A stretch of DNA of 62,569 nt, counting the filler, from Chiloscyllium plagiosum (lineage: Eukaryota): assembly GCF_004010195.1 (NCBI RefSeq). It is 5 parts of one record of this genome, joined end to end, with 100 filler letters (N's around TTAATTAATTAA, not from the genome) between each part and the next. Parts side by side here need not be neighbours in the genome. Positions count along the whole stretch, not along the records: positions 30,111 to 51,711 come from NC_057717.1; positions 51,812 to 58,824 come from NC_057717.1; positions 58,925 to 62,569 come from NC_057717.1; 2 more parts are not named here. The stretch is one strand, 5' to 3'. The notes under the pieces were generated by a model. That model did no database searches. It was given only the letters and a program-made list of their open reading frames with translations, and had not been told where the DNA came from. The position numbers were made by a program, and so were the translations under genes. Position 1 is the stretch's first letter. Each line of letters starts with the position of its first letter. This document shows, one piece after another, positions 49,621 through 62,569 of the stretch.

Positions 49621-51711
49621 CACACTGTACATTATGTACTGCCTTAATGATATTAATGCTGAAAAGCAGGATGTTTCATCACCCTAAATGTTGCCTTTCT
49701 TGACCTACAGAAAATAATGTTAAAATGGAAAAAAACAAACATATATAGATATCAAACATATACAAAATACAAGCAACTATTTAGCTAATTAACTCAATAC
49801 AAAGATTCCTCTTCAAAAAATTCCTCGAAGATAAAATTCTTCTCCAAAGCTGAACACGTTCAGCTCTCTCTTATTTTAAAAAAAACTGCTTGACTTTTCA
49901 AAACAAACAAAACATTGCAGTCTTAATAAAAAAATCTTTTAAAACATATACAGTACATACTTTTCTAATTTCATTGTAGACCACCCTTGAAAAGCTCGTT
50001 AAAAATAGTTCATTTGAAAAAAGAGACCTTTATTGCTCGTTTTCTTTTCTGCTTTGTTTTTAAAATTTGATAAAACAAAGTGGAAAAATATTCTTCTTTA
50101 GTGAACTATAACGACTATATTAACTGTAAAAAGCGACTGTAAGAAATCTTAAACTATGCTTGCAGTCCCAAGAACAGCTGTAAAATCCATGCTGCTCTAA
50201 GAACTTTTTAAAAAAACTTTGTAGAACAGTCGGCATATGTTCTAATACTTTGGTTCCAATTCAAGGTAGACATGACGAGATGATTTGATCTCCTGCCCCT
50301 AGTCTATAATGTAGAATTTATTTGAATATTTATGCTTATCACCCCAGCTCTTTCAAACAAAATTCTGAGTCTTTGCCCATTCTGCTCACAAAAAATTCCT
50401 TCTGCTCTGACTAATGTAGAGCACATTACAAAGAACATTATTCAAGTCATCATAAAATACAACTGTTTAGGTGAAAGGCACCTAAGAATCGTCCAATATT
50501 AATTACGTACAAGACTTATAAAGAAAACTTACAGAGGGCATAGTAAAAAAAAGGAGAATTCAACTCCATGTCCAAAATAAAATTTGAGGCCCCCTCATAA
50601 AAAGACCTCAACTGCTTCACGCTGTATATTCACGAAAATAGTAGAAACAAGAGGCTGGAATTCTCAATTCTTCTTTTGTGAATAACATCTGAAAAACACG
50701 AAAAACAAGGCTTATTTGTGAAAGTCACAAATTATGACATTGAGAATGTGAGGGATGGAATTTGTGGAGAATGATAAATAATTTTGTCTATGACACAACG
50801 ATTAGCTGAGTGATTCACAGTGAGGAGGAACGTGTTAGATTTCAGGATGATATAAATGAATTGTTAAGGTAACCAGAACACTGGCTGATGCAATTTAACA
50901 CTGACAGTTCTGAGAAGATGAATTTCAGAAGTAACAAGACAAGAGAGTACTCAAACTATAAAGAGAGGCTAGAATTTATTTGAAGGCAGAGTAGTTGAAG
51001 AGGCACTTCTGGTTAAGGAGTTTTAAGAGCATGAGGGATGTGCAAAGGTAAAAATCACACAACAAAATGTTACAGACCAACCGGTTTGCATTTATAAACT
51101 AGTGTTGTGTGATTTTTTTAACTTTGTCCACCCCAGTCCAAAAGCAGCATCTCCAAATCATGAGAGGTATGGACAGGGTGAACGGAGAGCCTTACTCAAA
51201 GCTCAACACAAGGAGACATAATTTTAAAGGAAATCTGGTCTTACTATTCATCTGTAAAATTTAGAAAAACCTTCTCTATTTCTTTATGTATTTGGTTTCA
51301 AAATATTTTAACATTGATTTTGCCTCCCGAAAAACTTGGTGTCCATGCAGACGTTTTACTTTGAGATCTTGGGGTCCCGTTCCTCGTGCATCAGTTTGGC
51401 AATCTGTCCATTGAAATAATACACTGCTTTTCCATTCAACTCGCCAACGTGTTCAAATATAGACACATTTTTCCAATTATTATACAAAGACCAGTACGTG
51501 CTCATTCCCTTGACACACTGAGACCTCTTTATAAACTCATGTCCTCTTCATAACTTCCCTTTCTAGCCTTTGCAATGTTTGTATTCTTCCAGAATATATT
51601 CAGAATATTTTTTTGAAAAGAAAAATATTATAGCCATAATCCAGTGGAATTTATGATGTAATGTTTTACTCGATGTCTAACTATCAAGTTACGACGATGC
51701 TAAAGTATTTT
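49171..51711 (-). repeat. Right arm of the large inverted duplication
   Basis: Matches 44267-46840 with scattered substitutions and small indels. Ends at the gap starting at 51712. Confidence 0.97.
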
Positions 51712-52164
51712 NNNNNNNNNNNNNNNNNNNNNNNNNNNNNNNNNNNNNNNNNNNNTTAATTAATTAANNNNNNNNNNNNNNNNNNNNNNNNNNNNNNNNN
51801 NNNNNNNNNNNTTTCTGTTCCTAAAATTGTTGGCCTTAATATGAAGCTGCAAAACCGACCTGAGTAAAATGTGCCAAATTTTTTAAAAAGCGTGGTCCTC
51901 CCGGAGCACTGAACCAAGGTGAAATGTACAAAGAACAACATACAAAGGGCAGACAATATTGGGTAATTGATCCGTAGTGATCAGTATATCAAGGTAAACA
52001 GGAAAACCGATATTCAGTATTTACATTGAAACTGGCTCCACGAGGCATGTAGTTAACTCTCACAAACCACTATTCCACTTCCGTATTCCTGACGCCCACT
52101 CCGTTCTTGTTTTAAACTGATTGAACGTCAGGCAATTGCAGATGACATTGCTGATGTGGAACAG

Positions 52165-54012
52165 TAGCATATAGAACATAGAACATTACAGTGCAGCAAA
52201 GGCCATTCGGCCCTCGATGTTGTCATAAGAATCTGAAGCCCATCCCATCTACACTGCTCCATGTACGTCCAATTGCCTCTCCAATGACGACTTAAATGCA
52301 CTTAATCTTGGCGAATCTACTACCGTTGCAGGCAAAGCATTCCATACCCTAACTACTCTCTGAGTAAAGAAACTATCTCTGATATCTGTCTTTTCCTTGT
52401 CTCCCCTCGTGTTTGCCGTCCCCATACTTGGAAAAATGCTCTCCCTGTCCACCCTATCTAACCCTCTGATTATCTTGTATGGCTCCATTAAGTCACCTCT
52501 CAATCTTCTTCTCTCCAACGAGGACAGCCTCAAGGCCCTCAGTCTTTCCTCGTAAGACATTCCTTCCATACCAGGCAACCTCCTAGAAAATCTCCTCTGC
52601 AGCCTTTCCAAAGCTTCAACATCCTTCTTATAATGCAAATACTCCAAATGTGGCCGTAACAGAGCTTTGTACAGCTGCAGCATAGCCTCCTGGTTCCAGA
52701 ACCCAATCCCTCTATTAATAAAGGCCAAAACACTGTATGCCTTCTTCACAACTCCCTTAATCTGGGTGGCAACTTTCAGGGATCTGTGTACATGGACACC
52801 GAGATCTCTCTGTTCATCTGCACACCCAAGAATCTTACTATTAGCCCAGTACTTTGCATTCCGATTACTCAATCCAAAGTGCATCACCTCACACTTGTCC
52901 ACATTAAACTTCATTTGCCACGTCTCAGCCCAGCTGTGCATCCTATCTATGTCTCTCTGCAACCTACTATATCTTTCGTCACTATCCACAACTCCTCCGA
53001 CCATAGTGTCGTCCGAAAATTTACTAACCCACCCTTCTAAGCCCTCATCCAGCTCATTTATAAAAATAATGAGTAGCAGTGGACCCAACACCGACCTTTG
53101 CCGAACGCCGCTAGTAACTGGACACCAAGATGAACATGTTACATCAACTAAAACCCTCTGTTTTCTTTCAGCGAGCCAATTACTGATTCAAACTGCTATG
53201 TCTCCCACAATCCCATTCCTCCGCATTTTGTATAATAGCCTACTGTGGGGAACCTAATCGAACGCCTTGCTGAAATCCATATACACAACATCAACCTGTT
53301 TACTCTCATCTCCCTGTTTGGTCACTTTGTCAAAAATCTCAATAAAGATTCGTTAGGCACGACCTACCCTTTACAAAACCGTTCTGACTGTCCCTGATCA
53401 GATTATTCTTTTCTAGATGATTACAAATCCTATCTCTTATAACCTTTTTCCAACGCTTTACCAACAACCGAAGTGAGACTCACTGGTCTGTAATTACCAG
53501 GATTGTCTCTACTACCCTTCTTGAACAAGGGAACCACATTTGCTATCCTCCAGTTCTCAGGCAGTATTCCTGTAGACAATGATGATTTAAAGATCAATGC
53601 CACAGGCTCGGCAATCTCTTCCCTTGCTTCTCAGAGGATCCTAGGGTAGATCCCATCCGGAGCAGAGGACTTTTCTATTTTCACATTCTGCAGTATTTCT
53701 AATACCTCTTCCTTACGAACCTCAATCTCTTCGAGTCTAGATGCAAGTATCTCTGTATCTTCCTCGCCAACATTTTCATTTTCTCTCGTGAACACTGTCG
53801 CAAAATATTTATTTAGTGCTTCCACATGTCTCCTCTGACTCCACAACTTCCCACTATTATTCTTGATTGGCCCTAATTTAACTCTCGTCATTCTTTTATT
53901 CCTGACATACCTATGGAAAGCCTTAGGATTAACCCTGATCCTATCCGACAAAAACTTCTCATGTCTCCTCCTGGCTCTCATGTCTCCTCCTGGCTCTTCT
54001 GAGCTCTCTTAT
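52165..54012 (-). mobile_element. Relatively young 5'-truncated CR1 LINE
   Basis: 280-aa ORF 52249-53091 (LGPLLLIIFINELD...SKFSDDT...FFTQRVVRVWNALP) and ORF 53631-53981 (APDGIYPRIL). (catagaa)n tail at ~52170-52185. Confidence 0.95.
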
Positions 54013-55861
54013 TAGGTCATGCAGGGAAACGATTCTGTCTGCTGCACAACATCATTCTGCTTCGAAATATCAGGCAGTATTTCATATTGATTACTGCAAA
54101 CGTTAACTTTTAACAAGTCATGACAGTTAAAGCATTGAATCCTCATCACTATACTACCAGGGAAGATTTCTGTTAACACCACCCTGGACACCATGAGATT
54201 CATCATTCTATACTCTCATCCTTCTGTGCATGATCCCTTCGGCTCCGTTTCGGTCTTGTTGGTTGGTTTACAATACTGAGGCTATACAATCATCGTTGCA
54301 TTTCAGATTCTAATGTATGAGACCTTTTCTCTGAGCTGGCAATGTGCTTGCTCAGTGCTGGTAACACTGAACTTGTAACCTAGAAAAGTGCTTGAAATAG
54401 GCCATTCCTGTTTTTCATTCCAAGAGCTTGAGGAAAACCGTTCGGCAGGACAAGAAATAGTGGGCGTGAGCAATGATCAAGTTTGGCAGCAAAAACGAGG
54501 TGAGGCAGTACAAACTACAGATTGAAGGGGAAACAATGAGCAAGGAACACTGGGACGGGAGGGGCTGAATGCTTCCTTCCTTTGCTGTAACCAGACACTG
54601 CTGTTGAAGTCTAAAATGGGACAATATCAGACAAGTTGGTGAAATCTTACTTTCTGCTTGTTTTCTCCAGAGGATTGTGTCACTCTTGGGGAAATGTACC
54701 TGCGTGCTTCAGTCTGTGGGTAAAAATGGGGTTCAGTTACCCGACTGAGTGTGAACACATTTTTACCATCTCAAACTTTAATCCTATTTATTGTGTCTTA
54801 CAAGACTAAAACGTTCCAGAGAAATTAGCATTTAGATGAACACGTGAAACGTCAGAGCTTACAAGGTTGCAGACCCTGTGCTGGGAAATGAGATGAAGGG
54901 ACCAATTCTGTGCTGTAAACACTCGATAATTCAATCATGTTTGAGGGGAAACATATCTGCAGTGACATAAATCCAAAAACTGTGTTATGAAGAAACTCTG
55001 CAACTGCTTCTGCACTCATCCCTGGTAGTCTTGTGGTTAGTATTCAGCGCTTTAACTGAGTGGCCTGGGTTTCATTACCGTTCAGGNNNNNNNNNNNNNN
55101 NNNNNNNNNNNNNNNNNNNNNNNNNNNNNNNNNNNNNNNNNNNNNNNNNNNNNNNNNNNNNNNNNNNNNNNNNNNNNNNNNNNNNNNNNNNNNNNNNNNN
55201 NNNNNNNNNNNNNNNNNNNNNNNNNNNNNNNNNNNNNNNNNNNNNNNNNNNNNNNNNNNNNNNNNNNNNNNNNNNNNNNNNNNNNNNNNNNNNNNNNNNN
55301 NNNNNNNNNNNNNNNNNNNNNNNNNNNNNNNNNNNNNNNNNNNNNNNNNNNNNNNNNNNNNNNNNNNNNNNNNNNNNNNNNNNNNNNNNNNNNNNNNNNN
55401 NNNNNNNNNNNNNNNNNNNNNNNNNNNNNNNNNNNNNNNNNNNNNNNNNNNNNNNNNNNNNNNNNNNNNNNNNNNNNNNNNNNNNNNNNNNNNNNNNNNN
55501 NNNNNNNNNNNNNNNNNNNNNNNNNNNNNNNNNNNNNNNNNNNNNNNNNNNNNNNNNNNNNNNNNNNNNNNNNNNAGATCAGTCAATACCCCAACTCTTC
55601 AAAGAAGTGAAAAATGTCTTCCCTCTCTCTGCACTGTCGGACAGTTAATTCCTCATTCTCCTCTGATTCCACTTCCCAAAGATTTCAAAATACTGTAAAA
55701 ACTGAGTCTCAGCTATTTCTTTTCTGTGCTTTTCATACATAGGAGCTGCAGCGATTGAGTGCGTTGGTTTCTGAAAACGAAACGTACCTATGAGCAATGT
55801 ATTGGGCTATTCCATGATTGCATTCTCTGACAACGGTGGAACGTGACTGATGTTGTCCATG

Positions 55862-56243
55862 ACATGGAAGTGCCAATGTTTGAGTTGAGTAGACAAAGTT
55901 AAAAATCACACAACATCAGGGCATACTCCAGCAGGTTTATTTGGAAGCACTAGCTTCCAGATGCTCCTTCAGCAGGTGGGTGTTTTTCTGCAGAAACTTG
56001 GTGTGTGTGTCAATATGCGTGATCTTTTGGAAGATCATCTGGACTTTAACCGACGGTTCCTGGTGTCGATGGTACCCATGACTTGGAGGTGTTGGTGTTG
56101 GACTGGGGTGGCCAAATTTAAAAATCACACAAAGCCATTTTAGATTCCAACAGTTGACAAATACCTGATGAAGAAGCAGTGCATGGACGCTAGTGCTTCG
56201 AAATATGCCTGTTCGGTACAGTCTGGTGCTGTGTGATTTTGAC
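55862..56243. mobile_element. Compound copies of the palindromic element family
   Basis: aaagttaaaaatcacacaacatcagg...ggtttatttggaagcactagc; ggtgttggactggggtg; cctgatgaagaagcag...ctggtgctgtgtgattttg. Confidence 0.7.
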
Positions 56244-57041
56244 TCTGATAGTTCTTGGTAATGTTTAACTGATCGAAGACAGTGAACGAAGTTTCGTTCG
56301 TGGAGATGAAAATTTCAAATATTATCCACCTCAGCGTAACAAAAATGATTAGTTTGGATGCGTGATGAATCTCCACAATGCGCTTGCGCCAAGTAAAAGT
56401 CGAACTTTCAATTGCCTGATCCGTAGCCAGCTATAGGAATGGTTGTACCACTGGCCAGATGCACAGCTGAGACTTTACAGGCTGCAGCGCTGTATGTTAA
56501 CATGTACATGAGCAATAACAGTAACAGTCACAAGATGAACAAAGAACAAAGATAACCACCATCATTGATTCAAATTGTCCTCGAAAAAACGACCATTCAC
56601 AATCTCATCAGCCAATCAATGAGGTCACTGCTGATCAAGGGAATTGCAACTTGCTTTGCTGAGTTTTCACCATAATTTGAGGTAATCTCCAGCCTAATCA
56701 AAACATCGCATATTCCCATTAATTTTCAGCTTTAGATTACGTTAATGACCTGTCCGTATTTGTAGGAAACTGAACAACATGAAATGAGTGAAAACGTCCT
56801 TTCGGTGAGGTAATCCAGTGCAGAGTCGGCCAGTAAAGAAAAGACAAAGACATGAAACATCACTCCCATTTCTCTCTGTACCAATGTGTTTTCCTGAGTT
56901 GAATGTTTGCAGGACTTGTCTTTAGTATCTTAAGAATAAATTATTTTCCCGGGAAAGATTCTTCATAAATCAATTAACATCTGAGTTGTTGAAACATATT
57001 TTACTTCAGATTAAAATAGTTGAATATCCTTTTCCATCAGC

Positions 57042-57780
57042 CTAATGTCCCAATCCTCCCTCCTTTTCCATGTAAATACCAGCTGCTCCAAGTGAGGTTG
57101 GAGCTCCCAATCTGACGTTCCAATGCTCCTTGCTGCTCCATGCCAATAGAAGCTGCTCTCTTGAAGTTGGAGCTCCCAGTATGATGTCCCAGTGCTCCTT
57201 GCTCCATGTCAATAGGAGTGGTCCAGTTGAGGTTGGATCTACCACGCTGATGTCCAAATGCTCCCAGCTGCTACATGTCATTAAAAGCTAGTCCTTGTGA
57301 GGTTGGAGCTCCCAGTCTGATATCCCAATGCTCCTCCTCCATGTCAATAGAAGCGGTCCAGTTGAGGTTGGATCTATCACTCTGATGTCCCAATGCTTTC
57401 TGCTGCTATACGTCATTAAAAGCTGCTCCAGGTGAGAGTGGAGCTCCCAGACGGATCTCGCAAAGCTGCCTGCTCCATGTCAACTGACGCTGCTTCAAAT
57501 TAGGTGAGATCTCGCAGTCTGATGTTCCAATGCTCCCTGCTGCTTCATGTCAATAGACGCTGCTCCAGGTGAGGCTGGATCTTCCAGTCTGATGCCCCAA
57601 TGCCCCCTGCTGCTCCACGTCAATAGGATCTGATCCAGTTGTGGTTGGAACTCCCAGCCTGCTGCTCCAAGTCAATATAAGTTGCTGCTGGTGTGGTTGG
57701 AACTCCCAGACTGATGCCACAATGCTCCCTGGTCCATGTCAACAGACGCTGCTCCAGATGAGGTGGGAGCTCCCATCCCT
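57042..57780. repeat. Tandem repeat, ~66-70-bp unit, ~11 copies
   Basis: Consensus ~CTCCATGTCAATAGAAGCTGCTCCAGGTGAGGTTGGAGCTCCCAGTCTGATGTCCCAATGCTCCCTGCTG. The anchor recurs at 57097, 57166, 57232, 57302, 57367, 57437, 57504, 57574, 57644, 57696 and 57763. Confidence 0.9.
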
Positions 57781-59894
57781 GGCAACTCACACACCTCGGG
57801 ACCATCATAGAAATAGTGCCCACTGACCATTTCCACCACTGGAGCTATTGGTGGAATATCCGCATCATGTAAACCTAATATTAGTTTTCGTCACCATCGA
57901 ATCATTATTTCCAAAAGACATTCTTTCTGAAACCTTATTTAGCATGTGCATATTGCAGTCAATCCGAAGTTAGAAAATTGTGCTAATTGATATATGCTCA
58001 ATAAAAATTACATCCTATTTTTCATGTTGAGTAACTGCTACTTAGCAAGGACAATGTTTGAATGAAATCACACTTTTATTCCAGGTGAGGGAATGTGGTT
58101 TGCATTATTTAAAATGAAGTTGTTCACTGTGTAAAATGATCAAATAGATCTCAATTTCGAAACAAAATTGGTTACGTTGTCATCCATCTTGACATGTGGT
58201 GTCTTCTTCTTTCAACCACACGGGTATTAGAACGAAACGTCTGTTAATGACATGCGTATAAGGACACGTGAAATCATTTTCATGCCTATGATACATGAAT
58301 CTGCGGCTATTGATCCACAGTTTAGGTTCAGTCCCTACAGTTAACATGCTTACTTTTCCATTTGTTCATAGTTCAATGTGATGCATCCAGTGTGTGCATA
58401 ACGAGAAGGAGCTTGCTTCCCACATCTTGTGTTTATATGAGTCTTATGTCCAGCCTTCATCAATGGGAGAGCAAGGGGCGAGGGCGAGACTAATGTGTAA
58501 GTCTCCGTGCCCATGCACGGCACCAACATCGGCAATTCTCTACTGTGCATTTATAGCTAGTTCTCGGTGCCCCTACACCCACGCCCTGCCCCTTTGAATT
58601 ATCTCCATTATTTTGTGCTGTCTCTCTGTGCTCTTCTCACCAAGATGAATCACTTCTACTCAACCTGCTCCAGATTTCATCTGACAAAACAGTCGTTAAG
58701 AATCCCATTGCATAAACATGCCCTTCGGCATCTCTCGTTATTTGTTTTTCCAGGATCTCTTTCATACGATAAAAGGTCATAGCAGCTTGACGTGAAAAAT
58801 AAAATCGCGTTCCTTTTCATTATCNNNNNNNNNNNNNNNNNNNNNNNNNNNNNNNNNNNNNNNNNNNNTTAATTAATTAANNNNNNNNNNNNNNNNNNNN
58901 NNNNNNNNNNNNNNNNNNNNNNNNTAATTTCAAATTACTCAGTGATTTTTTTGTTCCCCCTGAATTTGCCAAGCACTGGGCAGTTATGGAATATTCCAAA
59001 TATTTACAATAGATGCATTCACACTATTGAAGGCAACCTGGCAGATTTGAATACCATTCAGGTAGTCAACAACAATACATAAGTAACTTTATGAATTACT
59101 TACTGTACACCAACAACGCAAGCCAAATTGTATTGAAACCACAGATTGTCTCCCAAGGATTCCCAAATCTAACCACTGCATTCCAGATATGCTCACTATT
59201 ACCATCTGGGAGCAGTCTCCCAAAGTGCTTCCAGAATTTAAAAAGTGCACACACTGCCCTCCAAAGCTAAATCTGCTGTCACAGGCTTCACTCTTATTGC
59301 ATACAATGACATTTATTGTCCAGTTCTTTAATGTGACAAATGATTTTACAAACAATTTATAAAATACTTTAAATCCTGAAGAAATGTGATGTCAGCCCTT
59401 TGTAGAAGTGAATGGAAAGTGTGATGTTTGCTTGACCTTTGGTTCTATGTATCAGACCGAACTGAACTTTTAGCAAGATGTGGGATGTTTCCCACAAACG
59501 TTGTTTAAAAAAGCAAAGATTATGCTCTGAGATTTAAATGTTCAATCAGGTTTAATAAAAATCCTTCCAAAAAAATTGAGAGTTTGACTTCAGCTCCTTT
59601 AAAGAGACATGCTCTTGGCCTTCAATTTTGTGACAAGTGATCATTCTTTGGTAAAGGTGGCTGTGTACAACACTGCAGGATGTTGTACTGAAGTGCCTCA
59701 TTGGGTGGATGAGCTTTATTACTGGTGTAACTTGGCGAATTTTGAGATGGAATGTTACTTGGAGTTAAATCTTGTTTTTAAACTGAGCCGTGCTTGTGTA
59801 ACTCAAGTGTGGATACTACGCTCATGTTTACAATGAACCTTTCACTTTTGCAGATTAGTATTTTCCGATCTGTTTTGTAAATAAAGTTCAATAT

Positions 59895-60118
59895 AAAAAG
59901 CACAATATTGGAGAATCGCAGGTCCAGCAGCATCTCTGAGGGGAATAAAACATTGTAAGATCAAAGTCTCATGACCTTTTGTCCGTTCAAATGAAGAGTC
60001 AGTAAACTTGAAATGTAACATTTTTTTTCTCTTCACCGATGCCCTCAGAACTGCTGAGTTTCTCCAGCACTTTGTTTCTGGGGTTCAGATCTCCAGCACC
60101 TGCAGTTTATTGTTTTGT
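59895..60118. mobile_element. Old, decayed Penelope-type terminal-repeat hairpin
   Basis: ggagaatcgcaggtccagcagcatct is inverted against gatgccctcagaactgctgagtttctcc. Decayed core atgaagagtcagtaaacttgaaatgt. A similar fragment lies at ~13860-13950. Confidence 0.5.
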
Positions 60119-60587
60119 TATCGATCCTCTGATTTGACTTGGGGAGTGAAAGGCAGCAACTGTGATCAACGAGGATAAAATTCCCTAACCATGGAACAAA
60201 AAAACAGTTCTTTATACTTTGCATTTCTTATTTACAGTCGTGTTTTGCAATTAAGCTAAGTGCAAGTTGGCATACCACCTGCCTTGTCTCAAACCTGCTT
60301 CTCATCTTTGAGGACTTATCTGTCAGAATTGTGTTTGCTCGCTTACTTTGAGATCACAGTTTTGAGTCGCAGTTCCATTTCCTGGGCCGGGCCCGGTTAC
60401 CACATTGCAGTGGGGTGGGGAGCTTTGTGTAAGCTTGAAGTTTTTGTTAATAACTACATTGCGGGTTGAAGTTGACGCTTTTGACAAATATTGTGTCATC
60501 AAACTTGGAGGAAATGCTTCCGAATGTATTGATTAACTGGACTTAGCATGTTTACATGCAGTCCTGTTAGTAGTGCTGTAATATTCT

Positions 60588-60858
60588 AAGTTAAGAATCA
60601 CACAACACCAGGTTATAGTCTGAAAGATTTAATTGGAAGCACATTAGATATCGGAGCGCCGCTCCTTCATCAGGTGATTGTGGAGGGCACAGCTCTATGA
60701 CACAGAATTTATAGCAAACATTTATAGTGTGATGTAACTGAAATTATCCATTGAAAACTACCTTGATTGTCTGTTGAGTCTTTCATCTGTTCGAATGCCA
60801 TGATAGTTTCACTTCTTTCATGTGTAAATCACAAAACCTTTTTTTTAAAGTTGCATTC
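60588..60858 (-). mobile_element. Single-arm copy of the palindromic/Penelope family with hammerhead-like core
   Basis: aatcacacaacaccaggttatagtc. Minus strand reads CTGATGA-a-ggagc-ggc-gctcc-GATA (~60649-60673). Confidence 0.7.
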
Positions 60859-60859
60859 C

Positions 60860-61905
60860 TGACAGTGGCCCATCAAATCACTCATTGTATTAATCACTGC
60901 ACAATTTCAACAAAGGAATGAAACTGGATGGACCACATTACATCTACCAATGCACAGGAAAATACAACAACACAATCAACCCTCTTGGCCCTGCAACTTC
61001 CGCCTCACTGTGGGCCAACAAAAGCAGCAGAACTGTACTCCAGCCCAATCTGAAATCTCATGGCCTGGAATATCCCCCATTCAACTATTAACATCAAGCC
61101 AGGGGATCAATCCCAGCTCAATGGAGAGTTCCACAGGGCATGCCAGGATCAATACCAGGCATGCCTAAAAGTGTGGTGCTAACCTGGTGAAGCTACCCAA
61201 CCTGCACGCCAAACAGTGCAAGCAACACCAAATAGAACGATATGATCCAACAACCAATGGATCAGATCTAAGCTCTGCAGTTCTGCCACACCTAGTCAGG
61301 AATGGTGATGGACAATTAAACAACTCACTGCAGGCAGCATCACAGATATCCCCACCCTTACTGATGGAGGGGTCTCACACATCCAGGCAACAGTCAAGAC
61401 AACAGCATTTGCAGCAATCTTCTGCCAGCAGTGCCAAGCGAATGAGCCTTCTCCATTGGTCCTTGACATCACAGATGTGAATCAAATTGGTTGAAAACTT
61501 ATTTCAAATCAGATCAAGAAATGGAGAAGTAGTATAAAGGCTGTCAGCCCTCCCAGTATTGTGGCAATAATACTGAAGGCTGTGCTCCAGAACTTGCTGC
61601 CTACCAAGACAAGTCCAGCACTGGCACCTACTGACATTGTGGAATATTTCTCAGGGATATTCAACACAAAAACGCAGGACAGAGCCAACCCAGTGAATTT
61701 CCCTCCATCAGTCGACACTCGCTCAGCAGTGAACTAATGGAAGGTGTCATCAACAGTACAGTCATGCAGCTGCTCAGCAATAACCTTCTGTGACACCCAG
61801 TTTGGGTTCTGCCAGGGCCACTCAGTTCCTGATCTTGTTACAGACTTGATTCACAAACTGACAAATAGCTGAATTCCAGAGGTGAGGTGAGGGTGATAGC
61901 CCAGT
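60860..61905 (+). mobile_element. Decayed LINE fragment (same family as 10680-10999)
   Basis: aaaggctgtcagccct...gtgctccagaacttgctgcc, cccagtttgggttctgccagggccactcag and gacaaatagctgaattccagaggtgaggtgag. Confidence 0.65.
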
Positions 61906-61909
61906 CCCA

Positions 61910-62460
61910 CTCCAAGACCACTACTTCGACTTCAGTGATATCACCTGACTTCACCACAGTCTCAGCTAATTTAATGAAACTCTCATTCATTCATTTTGTT
62001 AACTCTAGATTTCATTATCTAAACCCACTCCTGGCCCGCATCACACAATCACCCTCCCTATAATATCCAGAATATTGAAAACTCTACCGCCCAAGTGTTC
62101 ATTGTACCAGAACTTGCTGATCCATCAAAAGGCTCCCATTTATAAGCAACAACAATTTACTTTCACACCCTTGACTTAATTCCTGGCTGTAATCATTCCT
62201 ATCTTCATGCACCACACACTCTTTCATATCTCAATAACTCATTTTAGTTTAGACTCCCAATTATGTGTTTATTTTTGAGTTCAGCTGTGTGACTGTTTCT
62301 ATAGATTCCAAGGCAACATGGTCTGGAATTCCCACCCTCTAAGATCTGTTTTCTTCCTTTAAGGCATTCATGAAAAATTGCTTATTTGGCAATGGTTTTG
62401 GTCACTGGACATAATATTCTCCAGTTGTGGCCTTACGTCAAAATTTCTCAATATTTTTGT
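61910..62460 (+). mobile_element. L2 LINE 3' fragment
   Basis: gaaactctcattcattcattttgttaactctagatttcattat resembles the L2 motif ETLIHAFVTSRLDY; gaaaactctaccgcc resembles QNSAA. Confidence 0.6.
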
Positions 62461-62569
62461 GAAATTAAAAACATGTTGATTTGTACAGATATCTTCTACT
62501 TTTCACTATCGCTGAGTGAATAATCTGTAATGTCTCCTACCCAACCACGTTGTGGGAGCACCTTCACCA

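Noticed and set aside
52667..53257. 196-aa plus-strand ORF
   Set aside because: Antisense shadow of the CR1 RT ORF.

Overview
This is repeat-dense vertebrate genomic scaffold sequence, very probably from an elasmobranch (shark). That is inferred from an HE1-type V-SINE, shark-type CR1 LINEs and a GPR139/142-like receptor. It has 9 N-gaps, 4 of them carrying an artificial TTAATTAATTAA linker. The only clear host gene is the 3' half of a class A GPCR (minus strand, 26214-26773; its 5' part is lost in a gap). The rest is mostly mobile DNA: many CR1 fragments, SINEs and an L2 fragment. Four larger structures stand out. (1) A near-complete Penelope-like element (RT + GIY-YIG, 15234-19374) whose inverted terminal repeats each carry a minimal hammerhead-ribozyme core, plus scattered palindromic elements with related cores. 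(2) A decayed Gmr1-type Ty3/Gypsy LTR element with the PR-INT-RT-RH order and a SCAN-like gag. (3) A heavily deleted endogenous retrovirus lying tail-to-tail with it. (4) A gap-bounded inverted duplication of at least 2.5 kb. Several minisatellites and tandem duplications are also present. I found no well-supported wholly new system. The hammerhead-bearing palindromic elements and an unexplained exon-like module cluster (21.6-24.4 kb) are the best leads. Boundaries of decayed elements are approximate and were read by eye.
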